This document shows positions 13,410 to 23,879 of a DNA stretch of 64,000 bases, piece by piece (within the stretch, counting starts at the first letter, position 1; each line of letters begins with the position of its first letter). Where the stretch lies: positions 1-64,000 of the forward strand of contig JAAILG010000892.1 in assembly GCA_012026655.1 (NCBI GenBank), given 5' to 3'. Source of the stretch: Hydrolagus affinis. Taxonomy: Eukaryota. The notes below the pieces were generated by a model that was not told where the DNA came from, did not search any database, and was given only the letters and a program-made list of their open reading frames with translations. A program made the translations under genes and the position numbers.

Positions 13410-13715
13410 ATTTTCACACTTAAATACAGAGTATAAACAGTATAAACAGTGGAAATGTCACACTGACATGCACAATGTGTAAAACATGTACATTTCATGC
13501 TGTCAAACTGTGAATATGTCTAAATTTGAACATATAGTGTGTAATTTTCATTTCAGCACAATGTATAGTGTAAATGTCACACTTGCAATGCACTGTATAT
13601 TAGTGTCAATTTCACACAGATTCACGATGTATAAACAAATAAATTGCACACTTGACACACATTTCACACTTGATATAATGTAAATTTCACCCTGACTAAG
13701 TTTCACAGAAAATTT
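13410..13715. repeat. degenerate minisatellite-like array
   Basis: Recurrent AGTGTAAATKTCACACT-like units (e.g. 13449, 13567, 13602, 13679). Confidence 0.55.
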
Positions 13716-13959
13716 ACTTGAAAAATAGCATTGGTGAATAAATGGTGAGAATGAATACACATCCCTCCTAAATGTGCCAGATTGTTACTCACAACAAGGC
13801 TTTAGCAACCCATTTCTCCGTATGGGATAATAATGTCCCTTTGAATATATTGACTCTCACATGTTGAGACATACTATCAAATCAAAGGGAATTTAAGTGC
13901 AAACAGATTAACAGGAAAAAGAGAACATTTCTATTTTTAAATCATTTATAAAAGAACAC

Positions 13960-14040
13960 CAGAACATAAGAATTTGCTCAGCACCAGAAAACCAAGGTCT
14001 GTCTAGTTCACCTTCCAGCATCCTGGCAGTGGCTTGATTT
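13960..14040 (-). mobile_element. CR1 3' terminus
   Basis: AGAACATAAGAA (reverse complement of the TTCTTATGTTCT terminal repeat) followed by GGTCTGTCTAGTTCA. Confidence 0.5.
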
Positions 14041-14279
14041 GTTGTGTCCCAAACTATATGCTGTAGCCGAGATATTATTTAACACAAAGTTGGATAACTT
14101 TGAAAGTATATGTCAGTTTGCATGGTCTCTCGAACAATTTCATATTGTTTTTAGATGTGTCAGCCCTCTGTTTTGGGGTCTATGATGTTCCTACATGTAG
14201 CAGGCTGGTGTGGCTCCTTTAATTACATACTCTGTAATTTTACAACGTGCTATTCTCTCGTTTGTCCAGAGTGTGATTG

Positions 14280-14560
14280 ATAAGGTCGGGCTGGAACGGG
14301 TGCCTCCATGTTCATTCTCTCTTACAGGGAGGGTGCGTCACCTCGTAGTTTGAAAGGTCAAAACGCACCAGGGAAGCGAAGGAAGCCAGGGAGCCACAGC
14401 GCAGAGTTCACAACTGATGTTGTTACACGTGATCCCACTAGGCCAATCGCTTCGGAAACACACAGTCTCCCAAGAAATCTGTGGCTTGGCTAGAAAGACT
14501 TTGATTTCGCCAAATCGCATCCTCCTTGTCCTGTTTCAATTAACCCCCTCCCGCTACAAA
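14280..14560. promoter_or_regulatory. promoter-like CpG-enriched segment
   Basis: Local CpG excess; TGCGTCA (CRE-like) 14334-14340, E-box CACGTG 14426-14431, GGCCAATCG (NF-Y type) 14441-14449. Confidence 0.4.
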
Positions 14561-14767
14561 GGTCTCACTTTCTTGTGTGAACTTGTTAGACAAAATATAA
14601 GAGATTAGTGCATGCTTGCAAAGTTCACCGGCTCCTGTTATCAATAATTTAGGATCCTTCCTTTAGTGGGAGTGAGTCACTGGGTTGCCCCACATTCACT
14701 GTCAGCTCTCAGTAACCTACCAGTCCAGGCAACTTGATAAGTGCCCCATCATCCCTGTTAATCAAAT

Positions 14768-14956
14768 NNNNNNNNNNNNNNNNNNNNNNNNNNNNNNNNN
14801 NNNNNNNNNNNNNNNNNNNNNNNNNNNNNNNNNNNNNNNNNNNNNNNNNNNNNNNNNNNNNNNNNNNNNNNNNNNNNNNNNNNNNNNNNNNNNNNNNNNN
14901 NNNNNNNNNNNNNNNNNNNNNNNNNNNNNNNNNNNNNNNNNNNNNNNNNNNNNNNN
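14768..14956. other. assembly gap (189 N)
   Basis: Run of N. Confidence 1.
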
Positions 14957-15030
14957 TGCAGTGCTGCTGTTTCAGCAGGTGAAAATCTGAACGTGTTTAA
15001 TTTGTTCGGCAAACACAGGGGCTGAAGCAT

Positions 15031-15085
15031 GTCCTTTGGCATGTACTGCCTCTGCCCTTCGTTGCTTGTAGCTCCCCAAGTGCCT
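15031..15085. repeat. 55-bp inverted repeat, left arm
   Basis: 52/55 identical to the reverse complement of 16301-16355. Confidence 0.95.
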
Positions 15086-15431
15086 AAAGTCTGCTCCCTC
15101 GCTCCCTCCCTCTCAGTCTCCCTCCCAGCCTCCCTCCCTTACTCCCTCCCTCCCTCCTGCTTCTCCGACGCCAAAAAAGAAATTAGGAGGGAAAAAAAAA
15201 CGCATTGAATTTCATTTCTGTGAATCCAGCTCAACAACGAAGCACAGCTGGGAAAGGCTGATTGAAAGATTTCAGCGATGAATCAGCGTTCATTAATTTG
15301 CCTAGTTTGTTGAAGCGTGTATTAAGGTTGCCGGTTGGGAGTCCTTCGCAGTGTCAGGCGTGAGCACTGAGGGGACTGAACATGGGCTTGTAACCCCCCT
15401 TGTGCACCAAGAGAGTTTCTTCTTGTGAAAA

Positions 15432-15496
15432 ATGGATGTGTCTCCAACGAGAGAGCAGACGATGCATTTTCGGAGACAGTTGAACCCGTTTTACAG
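15432..15496 (+). CDS. candidate first coding exon of an unidentified gene (MDVSPTREQTMHFRRQLNPFY + 2 nt)
   Basis: Strong Kozak AAAATGG after a (CTCC)n/A-tract leader; possible donor CAG|GTCTAA (weak); no homolog recognised. Confidence 0.25.
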
Positions 15497-16085
15497 GTCT
15501 AACTAGGCCAGATTATAAAAAATATATATATATAAAAACTCAGCTCTCCTTCACTTCAACTATAACTGTCAGCGTAAGGCTACTAAATCAGACGTTTTAC
15601 TGCTCGAACGATGCATTTTCTAATAGTTTTGGAATCACGAAAATTGGAATTGCTGTGTTTTAATATTCTTTAATGGGTCAAACACAGCAGGTAGAGATGT
15701 AAGGGTTTGTCTGTGATGTATAAGAGAAGACATAAACTCCGTATGTGTGTGTGTAAGGGGGCTCCGAAGCCTGTATCCGTCACTGCGCTTGACAAAATTG
15801 AAACGGATCAATTTCAGGGTTAGCATTTGGCCCTAAATAAATGTAAAACACAAAATATCTTCTCTGTCACTCCACACTGCCCGCGCACCTTACTTTATTC
15901 CTCCCTGGGGTCGGTGCTCAGGGGAGGGATTCTCCCATCGATAGTGAATACGTGATCAACAATGAAAACTGTATCAAAAATTGATACAGTCAAAAAAAGA
16001 TGAAAAAAGACGGCTGACCCATTTTAAAAAGGGAATTTATACTGCTTTGGTTACATTTATAAAAAAAACAGCACATCCAAGGATG

Positions 16086-16268
16086 ATAATAATAATAATA
16101 ATAATCATTGCATCCTTGGGACCTCCTTCCTGAAGTGAAAGACGCTGTACGAATGTAATATGTTGTTGTTGCATTTAATATAGCACCTTATCATGTCTAC
16201 GAGATGTCTCAAAGCACTTCACAGAATATACTTTGAAGTGAATCATGCATATTTTGTGGGCAAAACGG
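16086..16268 (-). mobile_element. headless SINE 3' part containing a nested L2 tail
   Basis: (AAT)n-CATTGCAT..TTAATATAGCACCTTATCA..GTCTCAAAGCACTTCACAGAATATACT. Confidence 0.85.
16114..16168 (+). mobile_element. 55-bp L2 tail insertion with TTGCAT TSD
   Basis: TTGCAT at 16108-16113 and 16169-16174 flanks CCTTGGGAC..GTGAAAGACGC..(TGT)n. Confidence 0.85.
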
Positions 16269-16300
16269 ATGAACAATAAGGTGTGTTTACTGCTGACTCG

Positions 16301-16355
16301 AGGCACTTGGGGAGCTACAAGCAATGAAGAGCAGAGGCAGCACATGCCAAAGGAC
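16301..16355. repeat. 55-bp inverted repeat, right arm
   Basis: Reverse complement of 15031-15085 with 3 transitions. Confidence 0.95.
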
Positions 16356-16365
16356 TGTAAGTCAC

Positions 16366-16447
16366 ACAGTCACACCACTTTACAGTGTGTCCTGTGAAAC
16401 ACATTGAGACGTCTTCCCCACGTTACCAGTTGTAAGGATTATTATTA
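16366..16447 (+). mobile_element. SINE 3' tail
   Basis: ACAGTCACACCACTTTACAGTG..CTGTGAAAC..GAGACGTCT..TGTAAGGATTATTATT. Confidence 0.7.
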
Positions 16448-17244
16448 TGGAGGCAAGCGAGAACAAACATAATGTAGGGGTAAGCTATTGGCATGTCCTT
16501 GTTTCTGAATGAATGTGGCGTCAAGAGAGACTTTCCCCTCCGTCTCCCAGGAGCTTCCAAATAAAGACTGAATTTAAAAATTGCCCACAATTTTGCACAA
16601 TTTAAAAACCAGATTGTCTTCCAGGATATAAAACGAGGTGAGAGTTCTGGGATTCCCTCCGCTAGAGTCCCGGGTTGGAGCTTTGGGCACATAAAGATTT
16701 GCTTCTGAGATATAATTGATGCCTGAAACTTTGAATTTCCAAATACATTATGGAATTGAGTTATTTTTAGTGAAAATTGAAGTGGTGGTTGGGGTGGGTG
16801 GGGGGTGGTGGGGGGGGGGGCGGTGGGGGAGGGAGGAGGCCATTCTCTCATTCCTTGCAGCTGCCAGCATGGAAGATTTGTAGAGACAGGATGGCAATGC
16901 TCTCTGCTTTGGCAACACATTGTTTTGCGTGCACAGAACAGACACAAGCAGAGTGGGAGGACTGGCGACATGCCCAGCGCCTAGTATTTGAGGGCATTTG
17001 CTCTCTGCTTCTCTCTCTTCCGTTCTCTGGACACGTACTTCAGCCGAGATATGAGACTAGATAGCATTCAGCGGTGATCTCATAGAGTAATAGTATACCT
17101 CTTGAACTGCGCTCTGAAGCAATCTACTTCCGGAATGGTCAGTTGGGATTTTTAATAGGATTTCTTATGCCGAGTATTGTTAGGAATGTCTCAGTGTAGC
17201 ATCCGAAGCCGATCTCTAAATGTCGGTACATTGGGAAGGCAAAG

Positions 17245-17450
17245 TGCTTTCTTATGGCATCTTCTGACACTCGCCCACCCAGCCCAAAATACCATTCTTC
17301 CTGTGTGGGGAGCCTGGGGGAGTGAGTGTCAAGAGGACTGTTCAGGCCATCACAGCTGAGCCTGATCCTGTCCTCGACTGATGTCACACAGACACAGACA
17401 CATTTTTCCAGCAGAGTTTAGAGAGATCTCTACTAAAAAGGACATGTGAT
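17245..17450 (-). mobile_element. ancient SINE, AmnSINE2-like
   Basis: CATCACAGCTGAGCCTGATCCTGTCCTC..GATGTC..TTTTCCAGCAG (reverse complement of family core). Confidence 0.65.
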
Positions 17451-18254
17451 ACCGCTCCAATTTTCAATAGGATTGATATCCATCCCACATTAGTCTCATC
17501 TTGATTCAGTTACTGAGCTTGTGCCTGACACCCTGAAGCAACCAGGAACTAATTGTAAACTCCAAAGATCAGCTGGTGACCCTTCTATCCCCTTACCCGC
17601 CCCCCACACTCACACACAGCGCACACACACACACACACACCGACTGTCTCCCTATATCATGTGTGCCTTTTTCCTGATGAAAAATGAAGCTGCCTCGAAA
17701 CAAAAGCACAAACCATGAATTTAAATCAACAGGGGAGAGAGCACTGAGCAAAAGCACTTCAAATTAAACACATTCATGGAGCTTCCACTGAATCAACTGT
17801 GCTTGTACTAATATTTAAACCTGCGAAGAAATTACAACAATGTATCAGTTGGACTTTAGCTGTTAAGTAGTGATAAGAGAATGCATTTAAGTATATTCTC
17901 TGAGAATCGGTTGTGAATTAATTTCTTGCTTGAATATTGAAGCTTGTTCTTCAAACTCTTCACATGAATTTTTCAACTCCTTAAAATGCTGATTTAGTTC
18001 CAGGTCTGACATCTCATTGAATGGACGATGCATTCATCCACAGTCATTATCCCTCAAAGTGGCGTTCATTATAGCAGGCATTAAAAATTGAGCATTTTAG
18101 CATGGTATTCAATATCTGCTGTGATATACAGGTGTTTATAAAAGCTATTTTGCGTACTCAAGGAATACAGGCAGAGCTGTATTTTGCAATGTTGTGATAT
18201 GTTACCTTTAGGTGGTAATTAACACATGTTGAATTTTACAACCTTGTTATGTTA

Positions 18255-18400
18255 ACACAGACACACATCGCTTCCAGCAGGGGGCACTGGATAGTGATGA
18301 GGAATGAGGAGCAAGGTCACTGGCTGGATTTCCGCCTCTCTAACCCAGTGGCATTGGTATCACTTATAGCACTGTCACCACTTGGGATCAGTTCATTGGG
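18255..18400 (-). mobile_element. ancient SINE, AmnSINE2-like
   Basis: TTCCAGCAGGGGGCACTGGATAGTGAT..CTGGCTGGATTTCC..CTAACCCAG. Confidence 0.6.
18274..18288 (+). promoter_or_regulatory. CTCF core motif match
   Basis: CCAGCAGGGGGCACT matches the CCASYAGRKGGCRS consensus; binding not shown. Confidence 0.45.
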
Positions 18401-19019
18401 TGACTTTTAAATATGTTGGGACATAACTAAACGGCTAACTCAGTTGTAACATTGCACACAATAGATCTGCATCAGATTAGCTGGGAGCCAGAGTCATTTT
18501 TGAGGAGGAGAAGTTATTATTATTATTACAGCTCATTAGATGGGATTTGGCGAGATCCCTTATCATTATCATTGCACAGTCCGTGTGCGCAAGCAATGGA
18601 CTGCCTCCCTCCCTCCACCTTTCAATTGGCAAATTTACAATGTCCTGCAGTAATTACAGCAGATTTCACTCTTACACACATAGGCCTCTCATCTACCCAC
18701 TCAGATACCAGTCTGTTCACAGCTTGTGATTATATGCATCTTGCCACTTTTGTGCGTGCGGCAGAACTCTTGAATTGTGTAAGGCATTGTGATTAATCAG
18801 GGAGCTGTGCATTAAAATAAAAAAAATTATTTATACTTGATATAGTGTCTTTCATGTTGGGAGGATATTTCAAAGTGCTTCACAGAAATTACTGTAAAGG
18901 GTAATAACTTTATTTGCTGAGTAGATTAACAACATTCAACATCATGATAATAAACTTGTTTTTATTAATGTGCGTGCAGTAACGAACATGATGCGTTGCC
19001 ACTTTGAGGGGCAATAACT

Positions 19020-19610
19020 GGGTGAATACACCATCCTTTGAAAGAAACATTAAAGTGAGTTCCCATCCACCTGTTCACATGGATGTTAAATGTCCCGTGG
19101 CACTATTCAAAAAGAGAAGCGAGTTTCTTCTAATATCATTGCCATTCACTTGAGGGCTACATGTGGAGTCCTGTAGCTCAGTGTTTAAAGCACTCGCCTT
19201 ACAAGCATGAGACCTGTGATCGAATCCAGGCATGTCAGGGTGAAACCTTGGACAAGTTTCCTTACTCTACATACCTAATAATAATCCCTCCAAAAAAAAC
19301 AGTAATAAAATCGGTCATTTCAATCCATGACTGTTTGTGGGACACTGCTGTGCGCAATTGGCTGCCGTGTTTTGTCCGTAAATATACAATCAATTCACTT
19401 TACAGTATATTCTGTGAAGCGCTTTGAGACGAATAGAAGATGGGAAAAGTGCTAAATCAAATGTAAGGATTATTATTATATGTAGGATATTGCTTTGTGC
19501 AAATTAGCTGATGTGTTTGTCTATAAATCCAATCACTGCACTTAATAGAAAACTCTGTGATGCATTATGAGTTATTTTGATGCGCTAATGTGAGGATTTT
19601 TATTGTTGTG
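19020..19610 (+). mobile_element. Deu-domain SINE split by a younger SINE
   Basis: GGATGTTAAATGTCCCGTGGCACTATTCAAAAAGAG before, GGATATTGCTTTGTGCAAATTAGCTG after the insert. Confidence 0.7.
19164..19478 (+). mobile_element. tRNA-headed SINE, short form, full length
   Basis: GGAGTCCTGTAGCTCAGTG..AATTGGCTGCCG..GTAAGGATTATTATT; possible TSD TACATGT/TATATGT. Confidence 0.9.
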
Positions 19611-20039
19611 AGTGTGAAGGTTACTCTTCAATTCTGGATCTATGGTAAGTTAGCTGGTGTCATTTGGGGAGGTTAGTGAGAGCTGCAGTTGGCTTTAGTG
19701 ACTGGAATAGGGAAGGAAAAATTCAACCAGGGCTCATACTCCTGAAATTTCACTTTTGTATTAAAACTTAAGGTTGCATAAAATTCTGAAATAGTTTTGG
19801 TACAGGAGCAGTTTTTAAAAATATATATATCTACGTGTGTGTGTATATATATATATAGTTCTCCAAATTAAGACTAAATTGGAGGAATGTTCACATTTTT
19901 GTGTGAGAAAGAATAGCAAAAGTGGTTCTAGAGGTTAACTCTAGGTGGAATTTTGCTTTTCTGCTCGTTATTGTGTGATCTGTTTAAGAAAATGTGTGGG
20001 AGTCAGATTCTTAAGAGAAGAAAGTTGATGGAAAAATAT

Positions 20040-20172
20040 AATAATAATAATAATCCTTGCATTTAATTAGTGCCTTATCACATCTTCGAGACATCTCAAA
20101 GAGCTTCACAGATCATACTGTAAAAAGTGAATTGACTGTATATTTTGTGGGTGAAATGTGGCAGCTGATTGA
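20040..20172 (-). mobile_element. SINE 3' part
   Basis: (AAT)n-CCTTGCATTT..CATCTCAAAGAGCTTCACAGA..GTGAATTGACTGTATATTTTGTGGG. Confidence 0.85.
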
Positions 20173-20742
20173 TTCGGAGCTGCTGAGTAAACTGTAACCT
20201 GCCATGGGGGATCTTTACATTGATCTGGCTTCTGGGTTTAGTTTGAGGGCAGGCACTTGTTTGTTAAATCTCCCACATTTTGGCTCGTCTCTTCCCTTTC
20301 CCACCTGCATCTCTTCAACCAATGGTCAAAGCCCATATTTATCAGCAATAAACAAGTGACCATAAATCTCCTTAAGTAATGGTACAAGCCGCATAGGCCA
20401 CGGTGGAAAGATAGAGCCAGACCGCCTGAGGTGCAAGTAATACATAGTGAAGCAGCAAGCAGGGCAAGACAAGCGTTGTATGAGCTGTAATCTGTAGACC
20501 TTGTCGATATGGCTTGCTTGCTTGTTCTGTACAATTAGATACTGTCAGCAATGAGAAGCTAATACAAGACAGTGTGACTCACAGACACTTACTGGCATAA
20601 AGCAGCTGAATATTCATTTTAAACAAAACTGAGTTAATGCTTTTAAATCGTGCACTTGTCTTATTAGGCACTACAGTACGGTGGCTTTCTCCTTTCTCCC
20701 AACTTGTCAATCAAGTTTAGGTGGGGTGGTTGCTGACATCAG

Positions 20743-21005
20743 CAACAACAACAACAACAAAATTACACTTGTATAGTGCCTTTCACGTTAGGAGGACGTC
20801 CTAAGGCACTGGACAGTCACTGCTTCAGACCAGAGCTGGGGACACTGGTGGGGGGAGGGAAGGGGGAGGGAAGGGGGTGATTAGGAGTTGCTGATGGGTC
20901 CATCGAAGAGGAGAAGGAGGCCAGTTAGTGGGGGGCGAGGTGGAGGGACTGCGGGATGGAGTTCCAGAGGTTGGGGACAGAGTGGATAAAGGCTCGCCTG
21001 CCAAT
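20743..21005 (-). mobile_element. L2 3' fragment
   Basis: (AAC)n tail, CCTTTCACGTTAGGAGGACGTCC, GGAGTTCCAGAG (LWNS on minus strand). Confidence 0.85.
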
Positions 21006-21169
21006 TAGCAGGATCATTTGGGAAGAAAGGCTTAAATTTAAATACGTTTGATCATATACTCTTCTGAGTAATTAGTAGACAAATGAAGAATTCTAAAGTG
21101 TGCCTCCATCTAAGAGTTCAGATTATTGGTCATTGCGAAACGGAGGTGTATAATTCTATGCTCATTCAG

Positions 21170-22400
21170 GGGTCACCATGACTCAGCAGTAGCTCTCTCT
21201 CCTCTAAATTAAAAAACCTGTGGGCTCAAGCCCCATGAACTCACATAGTCACATAGTCTAGATTGAAACTCCAATGCAGTGTTGGGGGAGTGTGCTGCAT
21301 TGTTGGAAGTGCCATCCTTTGAATGAGACATTACACTGAGCTTCCACCTGCTGTTCAGGATGTTGAAGATCCCATGGCACTATTCAAAAAGAGAAGGGAG
21401 TTTTTCCAGTGTCCTGGCCATGAATTCCCCAAATAAAGTGGATTACTCCCTTCATTAGCATCAGCATCCAAGGCTTCTCTCTCCACCTCTCGAAGCCAGT
21501 CAGGAATCTGGGAGTCTTGTTTGATCCTGAACTGAACTTCCTCCCTAATATCCGCTCCATGATCGGTACAGCCTTCACCACCTCCGCAATATTGCCAGAC
21601 TCCGCCAGTACCTTACCTTACCCCACCCCCACGCCACCGAAACTCTCATCCACGCCTTTATCACTTCCAGGCAACTACAGGAACTCTCTTCTCGTTGGCC
21701 TCCCCAGCTCCTCCCTTCACAGGCCGCTCTGCAGCTCGTGTACTCTCCCGCACCAGGCTCCACGACCACATCACTCCCACCCTCACCCGTTTCCACTGGC
21801 TCCCCATCACCCAGAGGATCGAATTCAAGATCCTTGTTCTCACCTTCAAGGCCATTCACGGCCTTGCCCCCACCTATCTCTCTGACCTGCTGTCTCCCTG
21901 TCAGTCTGCCCGCACCCTCCACTCAGCAGACTCAGGCCTGCTCCGCGTCCACCGCCCTAACCGCTTCACCAACAGTGGCCGGGCTTTCAGCCGCTCTGCT
22001 CCCACACTGTGGATCCCGCGATCCCATCCCGCGATCCTTTCGCCTCACTTCCTCTCTTTCCTCCTTCAGGTCTCAAGACCTTCCTCGTCGACCGTGCCTT
22101 CTGCTCCCCTCTTAACTGTTCCACTTCTCCTACTCTCCTTCTCGTTCTCCCTAGCCCAACCCTTCCACCCCCTGCTTGGGTCCCGACCTGACTGTTCAGC
22201 GGTTTGGGACGTCCTCCCGACGTGAAAGGTGCTCTATAAATGTAACTTTGTTGTTGTTATTGTTGTTCGTGGCTGTTTGTTAGACATTGCTATGCACAAA
22301 ATGTCTGCTCTTTTGAACTACAAAATACATAGTCGCTCCACTTTATGGTATATCCTCCCTTGTGAAATGCACTACATCAAATGTAAGGATCATTATTATT
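21170..22400 (+). mobile_element. Deu-domain SINE (SacSINE1-like) split by L2
   Basis: 21170-21453 head and GATCCCATGGCACTATTCAAAAAGAGAAGGGAG..GTGTCCTGGCCA; resumes 22269 GTGGCTGTTTG..GTAAGGATCATTATTATT. Confidence 0.8.
21454..22265 (+). mobile_element. 5'-truncated L2 LINE (ORF2 C-terminus + 3'UTR), frameshifted
   Basis: ORF track HITPTLTRFHWLPITQRIEFKILVLTFKAIHGLAPTYLSDLL and RAFSRSAPTLW are hallmark L2 ORF2 motifs; stem-loop/(TTG)n tail; possible TTC TSD. Confidence 0.95.
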
Positions 22401-22599
22401 AATGTTCCTGTTCTGTGCGCAATTAGCCGTTAACAGCTTGAGTTTACAATTGTCTTTAGCGCCTTAGGTTTTGGTGGGATCGGGAAAAGAAGGTGAAATC
22501 ACTCGAATGTTCTCATCCTGATCACTATTCCAGCTCACTCCACTGGAAAGGGTTAAGTGAGAACAGCACCAGTTCGGAGTCTTGATTACAACCATTCCA

Positions 22600-22890
22600 T
22601 CTGCCTGTTCCAGGACTTTGGGTGGATGTTGAAGATCCCATGACACTGTTTGGAAAAAGAGTGGGGAGGTCTTCCTGGTGTCCTGGCCAATTATACTCCC
22701 CCGTCCAGACTAATGAAAAACAGAACAACTTTAAATAAGTCATCCCCATGACTGTTTGTGGGAATTATTAGCTGCTGCATTTTCCTTGGTAACAGGCACT
22801 ACATATGAAAGTAACTCATTGTGCGAAGTGCTTTGAGACATAACTACATGATAAGGCTATTTATCAGATGCAAATATTATTTATTATGGC
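22600..22890 (+). mobile_element. Deu-domain SINE fragment
   Basis: GGTGGATGTTGAAGATCCCATGACACTGTTTGGAAAAAGAG..GGTGTCCTGGCCAA..GACTGTTTGTGGGA. Confidence 0.8.
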
Positions 22891-23254
22891 ATAAAGGATC
22901 AGGTTTCCTGCCAGCTGTACTGGTAAGAATTATGCCTAGCTGCACTTTCAGTTTATTAAATCTACAGAACCTTGTGTATTGACAAGTGACCATCTTGTAA
23001 AATCCCACCAACACCTGGAATTTCCACCTCACTGCACTTTTGTGGGAACCTTATTTAGGGAATTCAATATTGGAAATGACTTTGTAAGATACCCGTAAGG
23101 TATCCAGGGACTGGACAAATTGCTTCTTGTTAATATCAGGTTACTATTGCTTCTTGTTAATATTTTGGGGGGTCAGCTGGGCGTCTGACACATGGTGGAA
23201 CCTATCAGCGTGCTTCAGACTATCCAAACCAAACTGAGAATTCCATGCATCCCT

Positions 23255-23320
23255 ACCTGACTGTACAGCGCCTTGGGACATCCTCTCGACGTGAAAGGCG
23301 CTATATAAATGTAACTTTTG
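23255..23320 (+). mobile_element. ultra-short L2 tail insertion
   Basis: GCGCCTTGGGACATCCTCTCGACGTGAAAGGCGCTATATAAATGTAA. Confidence 0.85.
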
Positions 23321-23409
23321 ATTGATTAATCCCACCTACATGTGGAAACTTCAGAGATAGATTATTGGAATAGAATGCACAGTGTCTCGCTGGAGGGATG
23401 CATCCGCCA

Positions 23410-23580
23410 TAATAATAATAATAATGCTTGCATTTGTTATAGCGCTTTTTACATCTTATCGACATCCCAAAGCGCTTCACAGAATATACTGTAAAGTGAA
23501 TTGACTGTATATTTGTGGGCGAATCGTGGCAGCCAAACGCGCACAGCAGTGTCCCACACACACAGTCGTGGATTGAAATT
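23410..23580 (-). mobile_element. SINE 3' half
   Basis: (AAT)n..AAAGCGCTTCACAGAATATACTGTAAAGTGAATTGAC..GCACAGCAGTGTCCCACA. Confidence 0.9.
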
Positions 23581-23879
23581 GGCTAATTTTGGGAAAGTAT
23601 TAGGCACGGGTTGGCAAGAGCCAGGGTTTGAGGACCGTAGAGTGTGTGTTGTGGTGCTGCTGGAGATTAACCAGTTTAAAACGTTATAGCTTGCCACTGA
23701 TGTTGCTGTCTGGCAAGCTTTCCGCGGCTTGTCCAGCGAGGAACACTCTACCTGCTAGAGCTTTGGCGTGCAGGTTTAATAGCAGGCTACTGTATCAGGT
23801 TAAATGATCTTACAAAACGAAAATCTTGAAACGGCTGGACTTTAAGGAGTTAACAGCTAGCAATGGGTTTAAAAATAAG

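Noticed and set aside
14308-14493. Internal exon after the acceptor-like TTCTCTCTTACAG at 14327
   Set aside because: No convincing downstream donor and an unrecognised peptide; promoter-like reading preferred but unproven
14685-15042. ORFs spanning poly-X
   Set aside because: Artefacts of translating the N gap
15432-15496. Assigning the peptide to KCNAB2 (RQLQFYR resemblance)
   Set aside because: Only a few residues match and the exon context differs; not enough for a gene symbol
23119-23163. 18-bp direct repeat ATTGCTTCTTGTTAATAT with 9-nt spacer
   Set aside because: Ordinary short tandem duplication with no functional evidence
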